Positions 55,294 through 64,000 of a DNA stretch of 64,000 nt are shown in pieces. Position 1 is the stretch's first letter; every line of letters starts with the position of its first letter. Below the pieces are notes generated by a model. That model saw only the letters and a program-made list of their open reading frames with translations, ran no database searches and had not been told where the DNA came from. The position numbers were made by a program, and so were the translations under genes. The stretch covers positions 4,935-68,934 of the forward strand of contig CANIPU010000011.1 of assembly GCA_947469485.1 (NCBI GenBank). Reading direction: 5' to 3'. The stretch comes from Chitinophagaceae bacterium. Lineage in GTDB: Bacteria > Bacteroidota > Bacteroidia > Chitinophagales > UBA10324.

Positions 55294-56552
55294 TTTTTAT
55301 GATCTATTTTATTTAATAATGTTATTAGCTTTTTAGAGTTTGCCTTGAAAGTGTACTCAATTTTAATTTTTTCCTTCGCTTTATTTCCAATTTCATCAAA
55401 GTTATTTCTCATTTGAAAAGCTTTTTCAAAATATGTAGTCCAATCAGAATCTGGCGGAACAAGAAATCCATTTATATTATCCGAAATGATTTCATTATTA
55501 ACTGTAAGTGCCGTAGCAATACTAACAACTCCGCAAGCCATATATTGTATCAATTTAAATCCGCATTTTCCTTTGTGTTCCAAAGTATTTTCAAGCGGCA
55601 TAATTCCCACATCCATCTTAAGAATATTTTCGATTTCAAATTTTTCTGACCAACGAATAAAATCAATTGGAAAATTTAATGGGGCAATAAAAGGCGCATC
55701 ACTAACAATTAGAAGCCTGAATTTATATTTCGACGAAAGCATGTTAAGTGCTTTTACAACAATTTGCAGGTTATGTAAATTATTTCTGGCCCCTACCCAA
55801 CCAATAGTTATTTCATCCTTTAGTAAATTATAATTTTTCTTTGCAAGCATATCATAATCAACACAAGTAGGAAGAACTAAAATATTTTCTTCCAAAGCTA
55901 GAGAATTTCCTTTGGTTAATAATTCTTTTAGATAATTCGTTCCAGGAAAAAAATGAGTGTAATTTTTTAATGAATCAGAAAATTTTTTTGGATGTTCTAA
56001 TAATAATTTTCCATAAGTTGAAATAGTCCGGGGCTCCCTTTTTGCAGCAGCTATATCATCATCAAAATCCAAAATTCGATTTGAGTGAATTGAAGAAAGA
56101 AACTTTTCGAAAAACAGATTTCCATAATCATTGAACATGAGTAATTCACGGCGAACAACAACAATATCATAAAAGGCCGATCTCAGTATCTGCCAAAACC
56201 GAAACCACATAAATCCCATATGAAAAAAAGGCATTGAACTCTTTTCTGAAGTTAATTGCAAATATTCACGATACTCAAAAACATAAGCAGATTTAGCTTT
56301 AAAATTATTTCTGTTAAGAATTTCTATCCACTTCTGTGTCCTATACTTGTTGCCAGCGCTTTCAGGAGCAAATACTTCAAAATAAAAAATGCTCTTTTTT
56401 CTTTTTGCAAAAAAGAATTTTTTGATAATTTTTTTAATCTGCTTGAAAAATAAAATTTTTAAAAGCAGAGTAATAATCCAAACTACAATCCACCAAAACC
56501 AGAAGAAGACGAAAAAGTATAAGTTGATTAATATTCTCGAAATGCCCGACAT
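55281..56552 (-). CDS. GT4-type (GT-B, Glycos_transf_1) glycosyltransferase with an N-terminal membrane anchor
   Basis: The C-terminal half GKCGFKLIQYMACGVVSIAT....NNEII.DNINGFLV follows the GT4 EX7E region pattern. The N-terminus FFVFFWFWWIVVWIITLLL is a TM helix. Confidence 0.85.
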   Translation of the reverse strand: MSGISRILINLYFFVFFWFWWIVVWIITLLLKILFFKQIKKIIKKFFFAKRKKSIFYFEVFAPESAGNKYRTQKWIEILNRNNFKAKSAYVFEYREYLQLTSEKSSMPFFHMGFMWFRFWQILRSAFYDIVVVRRELLMFNDYGNLFFEKFLSSIHSNRILDFDDDIAAAKREPRTISTYGKLLLEHPKKFSDSLKNYTHFFPGTNYLKELLTKGNSLALEENILVLPTCVDYDMLAKKNYNLLKDEITIGWVGARNNLHNLQIVVKALNMLSSKYKFRLLIVSDAPFIAPLNFPIDFIRWSEKFEIENILKMDVGIMPLENTLEHKGKCGFKLIQYMACGVVSIATALTVNNEIISDNINGFLVPPDSDWTTYFEKAFQMRNNFDEIGNKAKEKIKIEYTFKANSKKLITLLNKIDHKKCVE

Positions 56553-56561
56553 GTTTATGGT

Positions 56562-57416
56562 TTACTGGTTATAACCAAGTTGCTTCAAAGCGTACAATTG
56601 TTCTTTTGAAAAAACACTTAAATTAAATTCTTTATATCTGTTGGTGCTTGATGGAAGTTTGGGGATTGAATAAATTTTTTCTAATAAAGAATCATTGTAT
56701 TTAATTCCTGCCCATTTCAGAAGTATTTCTGTTTCTTGTTTTGGATTCATACACAATTTTTCCATCTGTAAAATTTTGAATCGCTCGCCTAAAATTTCTT
56801 TCCCGGATTCAATTACTTTGCTATTTGCACGAATCCAAAATTCAAGTGAATCGGCAGTAGAATTTCCTTTAATTCCAAAATGCCTTCCGAAATTTCTGAG
56901 TTGAACTTTATTATCACTAAATGCCATATCCAAGCCGTTTCGCATTATAAACAAATACTTCATCTCCGGATATTTTTTTGCAAGTATTTGAATGTAGAGA
57001 TGGGTATTTGGCTCTTTCCAGCCCCAATATTTATTATCAGAAAAATCTCCTTTACTGCGTATTGATTTCGAAATCTTCACTGGGAGTGAAAACCAATCTT
57101 TATTACGAATATATTTTTCAATTATAAATTCAAATTCTGCAGTTCTGACTTTAAATTTTTCAGAAAATGAAATTTTTTCATTCATCATCTTTTTGTGAAA
57201 TATTTCAAGAAACTCAAGTTGCTTCGTTTCACTGGCGTTCGACAGCCATTTAGGTCTTCTGAATAATAGTGTAAACCATAAATTGTCTTTTGGCTCATTA
57301 AGCATATCACCCATATAAACGCCGGCCTCTATTAGCATTTGGGCAATTACCCTAGTGCCACTTCCTCCTACACCACCCACAACTATTGGAGAATTAATAT
57401 TTTGAAAATGATTCAA
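56562..57416 (-). CDS. Sulfotransferase family protein (paralogue 2)
   Basis: GGVGGSGTRVIAQML (5'-PSB-like loop) and IMRNGLDMAFS (3'-PB-like RxGxDxxxS). TTG start 3 nt after the upstream stop. Confidence 0.75.
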   Translation of the reverse strand: MNHFQNINSPIVVGGVGGSGTRVIAQMLIEAGVYMGDMLNEPKDNLWFTLLFRRPKWLSNASETKQLEFLEIFHKKMMNEKISFSEKFKVRTAEFEFIIEKYIRNKDWFSLPVKISKSIRSKGDFSDNKYWGWKEPNTHLYIQILAKKYPEMKYLFIMRNGLDMAFSDNKVQLRNFGRHFGIKGNSTADSLEFWIRANSKVIESGKEILGERFKILQMEKLCMNPKQETEILLKWAGIKYNDSLLEKIYSIPKLPSSTNRYKEFNLSVFSKEQLYALKQLGYNQ

Positions 57417-57419
57417 AGC

Positions 57420-58178
57420 TTAGAGGTAATTAAGTTTATGCATCCATTCACTATTCTGGGCAAAATCCATTAGTTCTCTATGTTCATCATTATTAAATCG
57501 CGCTGTTCGTTCACTGTCAATTTCCTGTTTTATAAATTCAGAAAGCTTACAGTTTGTAAAAGATTCTAATTGCATAATTGAATTTTCATCACCCGAAATT
57601 AATTTCTCAAAACACACATGAAATACCTGCCCTGGAAATAAATAATCGTACTTATAGGCCTGTGCTGCATATTCCTCCCACAGTTTTAAGCCTTCTAATT
57701 TGTTTTCCAGTCTGGCAGAATGCCATTTATCAGTAAAATCAAAGTTCAGATTTCTCCTGTATAAACTGATTGCTACATCCATTCCATTTCTAAAGATGTG
57801 AATCACTTTTGCTTTTGGAAAAATCCTTAACCATTGTGAAACAGTAAATGTGTTTCGCGGATCTTTCCAACCCCAGCTATCTGATCTTAAAAATGAAATT
57901 GGTTTTAACGGTTGCAGAGTAATCCGGGCATAATGGCGAAGAAAAGAGTAGGTATTAAATAACTTTAGATCTGCTTTTTCGGGTACTGACGGATTATCCC
58001 ATGTTAGTTTTTCACGGTCCATCCATGCAGTATTAACTCTTTGAAAATACCATGATTCATGATCGTTTGTTAAATCATATCCCATATACACACCGGCTTT
58101 ATCAAGTATTCGGGCAAGCATACTTGTGCCTGAACGATGCATACCGATTATTATAAGTGGTGGAGATATTAATTTCAT
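57420..58178 (-). CDS. Sulfotransferase family protein (paralogue 1)
   Basis: IIIGMHRSGTSMLARIL (PAPS 5'-phosphosulfate-binding loop) and IFRNGMDVAISLY (3'-phosphate-binding motif). ATG at 58178 is preferred to the track's TTG at 58190. Confidence 0.8.
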   Translation of the reverse strand: MKLISPPLIIIGMHRSGTSMLARILDKAGVYMGYDLTNDHESWYFQRVNTAWMDREKLTWDNPSVPEKADLKLFNTYSFLRHYARITLQPLKPISFLRSDSWGWKDPRNTFTVSQWLRIFPKAKVIHIFRNGMDVAISLYRRNLNFDFTDKWHSARLENKLEGLKLWEEYAAQAYKYDYLFPGQVFHVCFEKLISGDENSIMQLESFTNCKLSEFIKQEIDSERTARFNNDEHRELMDFAQNSEWMHKLNYL

Positions 58179-58255
58179 ATTGAAACACAAATTAAATCAG
58201 CAATTCTGTATTCCGATGTTTGAAGTTTCATCATTTGATTTTCCTTTGCAGAAAT

Positions 58256-58795
58256 ATGAATAAGAAATCATTGAAAATTATAGCCGGTTTTATTGTTTTC
58301 ACAGGTATTGTTTTCGCCTCATGGAAAATTTACAGCTATTATCATACTCCTGAATTTTCAAATGGTGATATCATTCCCGACATCCGTCTTCCAAACCAAA
58401 TAAATGATACAATTTCTCTTTATTCATTAAAAGGAAATATTGTTTTAGTTCAGTTTTGGGCTTCCTGGTGTGGTCCATGCCGATTCGAAAATCGAGAATT
58501 ATTAAACTTGTATTCAAAATTTCAAAATCTTGAAATGAAGGAAGGAGGTACTTTTAAGATTTTCAGTATTTCAGTTGATAAAGATAAATCTAGTTGGAAA
58601 AAAGCTGTTGAACAGGATAAAATGTTTTGGCCTGATCATGTTAACGATTCACTTGACTTTGAAAAAAGTATATCAAAAAAATTTAATGTTCATTCTGTTC
58701 CGTCAACATTTTTAATTGATCAAAAAGAAATGGTAATCGGAGTAAATCTTTCACCTATGCAATTGGAAGGGGTACTAACAAAACGATTAAAATAA
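58256..58795 (+). CDS. TlpA/ResA-like thiol:disulfide oxidoreductase (thioredoxin fold, membrane-anchored)
   Basis: FWASWCGPC active site and an N-terminal anchor. ATG at 58256 is preferred to the track's TTG at 58220. Confidence 0.85.
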   Translation: MNKKSLKIIAGFIVFTGIVFASWKIYSYYHTPEFSNGDIIPDIRLPNQINDTISLYSLKGNIVLVQFWASWCGPCRFENRELLNLYSKFQNLEMKEGGTFKIFSISVDKDKSSWKKAVEQDKMFWPDHVNDSLDFEKSISKKFNVHSVPSTFLIDQKEMVIGVNLSPMQLEGVLTKRLK

Positions 58796-58889
58796 TATTC
58801 AATAAACCCGCTTTTGTCATTTCACTTAGATTTGACGGTTTAACAGTGTCACATTGTCCCGAATTATTTGATGGCAAATGGTTTGACAA

Positions 58890-59576
58890 ATGCACTTTAC
58901 TCAAGCAGAAATCATGGAAAATAAAGAAAAAGGCTTACATACTGACGAAAACGACTTAAACATTCAGCCACCGGCTGCAAAATCAGCAGAAGAAACTATT
59001 AATGAAATCGAAAATGAATCAGCTGAAAATGTGCCTGATGATCAAAAAAGGTCATATGAAGAATTAGAGGAAAAAGCTGAGGGTCTATTAGAGAAAATTG
59101 GCTTTGGTAAAAAAGAAAAGCATAAAAAAGAAGCGCAGGAGTTAAAAGAGAAATTAGAAGAAATGAATGACCGCCATCTTAGACTTGTTGCCGAGTTCGA
59201 TAATTATAAAAAGCGAAACGCAAAAGAAAGGCTAGAGTGGATGAAAAATGCAGGTCAGGATATTATTCAATCAATACTTCCAACTTTAGATGATTTTAAT
59301 CGCGCTATAAAACAAATGGAAGCATCAAAAGATATTTCTTCAGTAAAAGATGGCGTTCTGTTAATTCATTCCAAACTTAAATCCACGCTTGAAGCAAGAG
59401 GGTTAAAACAAATTGAATCAATAGGTCATGAATTTAATACTGAATTACACGAAGCAATAACGGAAATTCCTGCTCCAAATGAGGAAATGAGAGGAAAGGT
59501 CGTAGATGAAGTTGAATGCGGATACTCACTTAATGATAAAATGCTTCGCTACGCAAAAGTGGTAGTTGGAAAATAA
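58890..59576 (+). CDS. grpE: Nucleotide exchange factor GrpE
   Basis: [12 protein letters not shown] signature. The alternative start at 58914 (MENKEK) is possible. Confidence 0.95.
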   Translation: MHFTQAEIMENKEKGLHTDENDLNIQPPAAKSAEETINEIENESAENVPDDQKRSYEELEEKAEGLLEKIGFGKKEKHKKEAQELKEKLEEMNDRHLRLVAEFDNYKKRNAKERLEWMKNAGQDIIQSILPTLDDFNRAIKQMEASKDISSVKDGVLLIHSKLKSTLEARGLKQIESIGHEFNTELHEAITEIPAPNEEMRGKVVDEVECGYSLNDKMLRYAKVVVGK

Positions 59577-59581
59577 CTAAT

Positions 59582-60763
59582 ATGGCAAAAAGAGATTACT
59601 ACGAAATATTAGGTGTAAACCGTAGCGCTACACCTGATGAATTAAAAAAAGCATATCGGAAAGTTGCCATGCAGTTTCACCCTGACAGAAACCCGGGCGA
59701 TAAAGAATCCGAAGAGAAATTTAAGGAAGCAGCTGAAGCTTACGATGTATTAACTGATAAAGAAAAAAAAGATCGTTATGATCGTTTCGGTCATCAGGGG
59801 ATGAGTGGAAACGGAGGTGGAAATGGAGGGTTCAGTGGTGGGGGAATGAATATGGAAGACATATTCTCTCACTTTGGTGATGTGTTCGGTGGTCAAGGAG
59901 GTGGAGGAGGTAGCCCGTTTGAAAGTTTTTTTTCAGGTGGTCGAAGCAGTAGAGGTGAAAGAGGTCGTGGTGTGCGAGGTGGAAATCTTCGTATAAAAAT
60001 CAGTCTTACATTAAAAGAGGTAGCTGAAGGAGCGCAAAAGAAACTTAAAGTTAAAAAATACATTACCTGCGATACTTGCCATGGCAATGGGGCTAAGGAC
60101 AAATCGTCTTTTAGCACATGCAATACATGTAAAGGATCAGGTCATGTTCGCCGTGTGACTAATACAATTCTCGGGCAAATGCAAACAACCACCACATGCC
60201 CGACTTGCAATGGTGAAGGACAATCAATAACAGCAAAATGCAATACCTGTAAAGGCGAAGGTCGTATGTGGGGCGAAGAAACAATTACAGTTGATATTCC
60301 TGCAGGTGTAACAGAAGGAATTCAACTTAGCATGGGGGGGCGTGGCAATGCTGGAGAACGAGGAGGTGCGAACGGCGACCTTGTTATTCAGATAGAAGAA
60401 TTACCAAATGAAGAACTCAAAAGAGATGGAATTAATATTATTTATGATCTTCATATAAGTTTTATGGATGCATCACTTGGTACCAGTATAGAGGTGCCAA
60501 CCATTGATGGAAGAGCTAAAATAAAAATAAAACCCGGCACACAGGCAGGTGAAATTTTCCGTTTAAAAGGCAAGGGATTACCAAACTTAAATGCATATGG
60601 CAAAGGTGACGAATTGATTTATGTAAACATCTGGACTCCAAAAACTCTGACTCCAGAAGAAGAAAAAATGCTGGAAAAGCTAAAAAGTCATCATAATTTT
60701 CAGCCCCATCACAACAAAAGTGAAAAATCTTTTTTTGAGAAAATGAAAGATTATTTTAACTAA
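59582..60763 (+). CDS. dnaJ: Molecular chaperone DnaJ
   Basis: J-domain HPD, G/F-rich region, and four CxxCxGxG zinc-finger repeats. Confidence 0.97.
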   Translation: MAKRDYYEILGVNRSATPDELKKAYRKVAMQFHPDRNPGDKESEEKFKEAAEAYDVLTDKEKKDRYDRFGHQGMSGNGGGNGGFSGGGMNMEDIFSHFGDVFGGQGGGGGSPFESFFSGGRSSRGERGRGVRGGNLRIKISLTLKEVAEGAQKKLKVKKYITCDTCHGNGAKDKSSFSTCNTCKGSGHVRRVTNTILGQMQTTTTCPTCNGEGQSITAKCNTCKGEGRMWGEETITVDIPAGVTEGIQLSMGGRGNAGERGGANGDLVIQIEELPNEELKRDGINIIYDLHISFMDASLGTSIEVPTIDGRAKIKIKPGTQAGEIFRLKGKGLPNLNAYGKGDELIYVNIWTPKTLTPEEEKMLEKLKSHHNFQPHHNKSEKSFFEKMKDYFN

Positions 60764-60782
60764 AACATTAGTTTTTAAAATA

Positions 60783-60815
60783 AAAAAGCCGCTTTCGGTT
60801 GAAAGCGGCTTTTTT
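60783..60815. terminator. Bidirectional rho-independent terminator between dnaJ (+) and rpsT (-)
   Basis: AAAAAGCCGCTTTC-ggtt-GAAAGCGGCTTTTT, a 14-bp stem with A/T runs on both sides. Confidence 0.85.
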
Positions 60816-60834
60816 CAGTTTAAAGTGTTTAAAT

Positions 60835-61092
60835 TTATTTTGCTAAAGAATTCACCTTTTTTACCAATCCTGATTTAAGGTTAGCAGCTTTGTTTGGATG
60901 AATTACTTTTTTACGGGCAAGTTTATCAATCATACTGATAACTTTAGGTAGTTCTTTTTCTGCATCAGCTTTATTCTCGCTCACACGAATTTCTTTCATT
61001 GCATTACGGGTAGTCTTGGCTACATAGCGATTTTCAATTCTGCGCTTTTTTGATTGGCGATCAGCTTTTTTCGCGTTTTTGGTATTTGCCAT
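60835..61092 (-). CDS. rpsT: 30S ribosomal protein S20
   Basis: MANTKNAKKADRQSKKRR... is the canonical S20 N-terminus (ATG at 61092). Confidence 0.95.
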   Translation of the reverse strand: MANTKNAKKADRQSKKRRIENRYVAKTTRNAMKEIRVSENKADAEKELPKVISMIDKLARKKVIHPNKAANLKSGLVKKVNSLAK

Positions 61093-61120
61093 TATTATTA
61101 ACTGTTTAAAATTTGGACGG

Positions 61121-61128
61121 CAAAGATA
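61121..61128 (-). promoter_or_regulatory. Putative -7 box (TATCTTTG on the minus strand) for rpsT
   Basis: CAAAGATA on the plus strand, 28 nt upstream of the ATG. Confidence 0.55.
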
Positions 61129-61184
61129 ACCCTGCATTCCAATTCACAAAATAAGAATGCATAATGATACAAATGAGGTGAATC

Positions 61185-62915
61185 TTATAATCCCAGCTCT
61201 TTTTTTAATCGGGAATCAATATCAGAAGGGGCATCCAGCATCATATCTCTTCCAGAATTATTTTTTGGGAAGGCAATGAAGTCGCGGATATAATCGAGAT
61301 TTGAAATTACGATGGAACAAAAGCGATCGAAACCAAATGCAATTCCACCATGTGGCGGCGCACCATATTCAAATGCATTGAGAATAAATCCGAATTTGTA
61401 TTGTGTTTCTTCATCGGTTAATCCCAGCAATGAAAACATCTTTTCTTGTTGTGCTCGGTTGTGAATGCGAATGCTTCCGCTCGACAACTCAACTCCGTTA
61501 ATCACCACATCATAAGCATTTGCACGAACTGCTCCGGGGTTGGTATTGATTAGTTCATTGTCTTCCTTTTTCCAAGAAGTGAACGGATGATGCATTGCAT
61601 TCCACCTTTTATCTTCTTCATCCCATTCGAGCAATGGAAAATCAACCACCCAAAGTGGCTTGTAATCTTCTACTTTACGAAGACCTAAACGAGCGCCCAT
61701 TTCCAATCGCAACTCGCTCATTGCTTTTCTGGTTTTGCTTAAACCACCTGAAAGAATTAAAATCAAATCGCCTGCTTTTGCTTTACAAATCGCTGCAATA
61801 TTTTTCAGGTCATCTTCCGAATAAAATTTATCAACTGAAGATTTAAATGAGCCATCACTGTTACACTTTATAAACACCAAACCACCAGCACCAATCTGCG
61901 GACGCTTCACCCACTCAGTTAGTTCATCGGTTTGTTTGCGTGTGTATTCACTGTAACCTTCCGCAACAATTCCTACCACATATTCTGCATCATCAAAAAC
62001 TTTAAATGATTTTCCTTTTACCAAATCGTTCAACTCAATAAGTTTCATACCGAATCGCAAATCGGGTTTGTCGTTGCCATAATATTTCAGGCAATCCGCA
62101 TAACTCATTCTTGGAAAATCACCTAATTCAATTCCACGCACTTTTTTGAAAACATGTTTCACCATTCCTTCAAACATCTGTAACACATCTTCTTGTTCAA
62201 CAAAAGCCATCTCGCAATCTATCTGTGTGAACTCGGGCTGACGGTCGGCACGCAAATCTTCATCGCGAAAACATCTTGTGATTTGGTAGTAGCGATCAAA
62301 GCCTGCAACCATAAGTAATTGCTTAAAAGTTTGCGGCGATTGTGGCAATGCATAAAACTGTCCTTGATTCAACCGTGAAGGCACAACAAAATCGCGTGCT
62401 CCTTCCGGTGTGGATTTTATTAAGAACGGAGTTTCAACATCGGCAAAACCCTGTCCATCCATATACTCACGCACTGCTTTCGCCACACGATGCCTATGCA
62501 ATAAATTTTTATTCACGATGCTGCGGCGCAAATCAAGGTATCGATATTTCATTCGCAAATCATCACCGCCATCAGTTTCTTCTTCAATGGTGAAGGGCGG
62601 AGTTTTTGATTCGTTGAGAATGTTCAGCACTTCCACTTTCAATTCCACATCCCCGGTTTCCATTTGTGCATTCTTGCTGCTGCGCTCGCGCACCAACCCG
62701 GTTACCTGCAACACATATTCGCGACCAAGTTGCTTTGCCTGTTCTGCTAATGGAGAGTTGGTATCGAAAAACAATTGTGTGATTCCGTAGCGATCGCGCA
62801 GGTCAATAAAAACAAGATTGCCTAAGTCGCGCACACGCTGTACCCATCCGGCCAGTGAAACAGTATTACCAGAATGTTCTTTTCTTAATTCACCACAAGT
62901 GTGTGTCCGATACAT
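61185..62915 (-). CDS. aspS: Aspartate--tRNA ligase
   Basis: [11 protein letters not shown] start. Class IIb motifs ([25 protein letters not shown]). ATG at 62915. Confidence 0.97.
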   Translation of the reverse strand: MYRTHTCGELRKEHSGNTVSLAGWVQRVRDLGNLVFIDLRDRYGITQLFFDTNSPLAEQAKQLGREYVLQVTGLVRERSSKNAQMETGDVELKVEVLNILNESKTPPFTIEEETDGGDDLRMKYRYLDLRRSIVNKNLLHRHRVAKAVREYMDGQGFADVETPFLIKSTPEGARDFVVPSRLNQGQFYALPQSPQTFKQLLMVAGFDRYYQITRCFRDEDLRADRQPEFTQIDCEMAFVEQEDVLQMFEGMVKHVFKKVRGIELGDFPRMSYADCLKYYGNDKPDLRFGMKLIELNDLVKGKSFKVFDDAEYVVGIVAEGYSEYTRKQTDELTEWVKRPQIGAGGLVFIKCNSDGSFKSSVDKFYSEDDLKNIAAICKAKAGDLILILSGGLSKTRKAMSELRLEMGARLGLRKVEDYKPLWVVDFPLLEWDEEDKRWNAMHHPFTSWKKEDNELINTNPGAVRANAYDVVINGVELSSGSIRIHNRAQQEKMFSLLGLTDEETQYKFGFILNAFEYGAPPHGGIAFGFDRFCSIVISNLDYIRDFIAFPKNNSGRDMMLDAPSDIDSRLKKELGL

Positions 62916-63116
62916 GTTTAAAAAATTGAGGGGCAAAAGTCGTTATCGGATGGCAAGGTTCAAAACACAAATGGAGAATTACCGTCTATTGTTGAATACA
63001 AGTAGATTTTTGATAAGAAATTACCAATAAATACAACTTAAATTTTTATGTCCGATTTTAGCGGCGTTAAAAAGCTGATTAGGTGTGTTCACCCCAAAAA
63101 ACTTTTAGAATATAAA

Positions 63117-64000
63117 ATGAGTACAGTTGTAGAAAACAGAAAAATTATTTTCGACAAAAACAAGATTGCCGAATTTTATCCGACACTTCGAAAGCGGGTA
63201 GATGAATATTTCAGCAAGCACAATCTTTCCACCCACGCAAATGGCGCTATGGTTTTTAAAACCATTTTTATTTTGGGTGTTTTCATTGCGAGTTATGTTT
63301 TAGTCATCATTGGAATTCTTCCGTTATGGGCAATGCTGATTTCTATTTTAGTACATGGGTTTTTTACTGCCTTGGTTGGATTTAATATTTCCCACGATGC
63401 AGTTCATGGTTCTTATTCTTCCAATGTTCGCCTGAACAAAATCCTGGGAACCACTTTCAATTTCGCTGGAACAAGCGATTACATATGGAAGATAAAGCAC
63501 AATATTGTTCATCACACTTTCACCAACATCCCTGAACATGATGATGATATTGACCAGATTGGTTTAATACGAATAGAACAATCACGCAAACTGAAATGGT
63601 ATCACCGTTTTCAGCACTACTATATTTTTCTGTTGTATTGTTTCACTACAATCGTTTGGGTTTTTGTGAATGATTATAAAAATTTCTTTCGCAAGAAGTG
63701 GGGTTATTATGAAAACAACAAACATCCAAAAGGCGCTTTTCTGAGAATTATTTCTTACAAAGCCATTTATTATTTCTGTTACCTCGTGCTTCCGTTTTTA
63801 GTTATGAATATTGCATGGTACTGGATTCTTGTTGGATTTGTTTTAATGCATGCCATCCAAGGATTAACACTTGCCATTGTTTTTCAATTGGCACATGTTG
63901 TTGAAGGTGCTGCATTTCCAATTCCTGATGAAGAAGATAAAGTAGAAAACAACTGGGCTGTTCATCAGCTTTATACTACTGTAGATTTTGCTCGCAACAG
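63117..64000 (+). CDS. Membrane fatty-acid desaturase family protein, 3' end outside the window
   Basis: Not in the track because there is no stop inside the window. Hand translation gives histidine boxes HDAVH and HNIVHH plus 4 hydrophobic spans. An in-frame ATG at 63048 is an alternative start. Confidence 0.8.
   Translation, partial: MSTVVENRKIIFDKNKIAEFYPTLRKRVDEYFSKHNLSTHANGAMVFKTIFILGVFIASYVLVIIGILPLWAMLISILVHGFFTALVGFNISHDAVHGSYSSNVRLNKILGTTFNFAGTSDYIWKIKHNIVHHTFTNIPEHDDDIDQIGLIRIEQSRKLKWYHRFQHYYIFLLYCFTTIVWVFVNDYKNFFRKKWGYYENNKHPKGAFLRIISYKAIYYFCYLVLPFLVMNIAWYWILVGFVLMHAIQGLTLAIVFQLAHVVEGAAFPIPDEEDKVENNWAVHQLYTTVDFARN

Noticed and set aside
58796-58913. Search for a CIRCE or other heat-shock operator upstream of grpE-dnaJ
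   Set aside because: No TTAGCACTC-N9-GAGTGCTAA-like inverted repeat is present. Only two loose GGTTT(A/G)AC strings occur, which I cannot distinguish from chance.

Overview
This is a 64-kb chromosomal segment from a low-GC Bacteroidota genome. The phylum call rests on type A and type B T9SS C-terminal sorting domains, TAnnTTTG -7 promoter boxes 8-28 nt upstream of start codons, no Shine-Dalgarno sequences, and the gene orders rplM-rpsI-rpsB-tsf, pyrH-frr and purH-mreBCD-mrdA-rodA. I call 59 protein-coding genes. Two are cut by the window edges and one is a low-confidence 36-aa ORF absent from the track. I found no rRNA, tRNA, CRISPR array, transposase, integrase or recognisable defence gene. 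Layout: 1-13.7 kb holds six secreted or surface proteins (T9SS cargo) plus an M16 homologue. 13.8-23.2 kb is housekeeping (guaB, pheS, frr, pyrH, tsf, rpsB, rpsI, rplM) with an orphan radical SAM/SPASM gene. 23.5-29.5 kb holds a methyltransferase plus GT-C membrane protein, scpB, SIMPL, an Nfu/NifU-like gene, corA and recX. 29.5-32.8 kb is a 3-hydroxyanthranilate cluster. 33.5-36.9 kb is an M64 metallopeptidase T9SS fusion. 38.9-46.2 kb is the cell-shape operon plus purH. 46.4-58.2 kb is an envelope-glycan region ending in a tightly coupled 5-gene operon with two sulfotransferases. 58.2-64 kb holds a TlpA-like gene, grpE, dnaJ, rpsT, aspS and a truncated desaturase. The best candidates for undescribed biology are three. 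First, the sulfotransferase/GT4/AsnB/WbqC operon. Second, a conserved ~95-aa module just upstream of the T9SS CTD in four consecutive genes, including one paralogue without a CTD and one minimal protein. Third, the 3-hydroxyanthranilate cluster that lacks ACMSD. I could not demonstrate a self-contained novel system (defence, mobile element or RiPP) from sequence alone. All functional calls rest on motifs and family resemblance read by eye, not on database searches. Hand-counted coordinates may be off by 1 nt.
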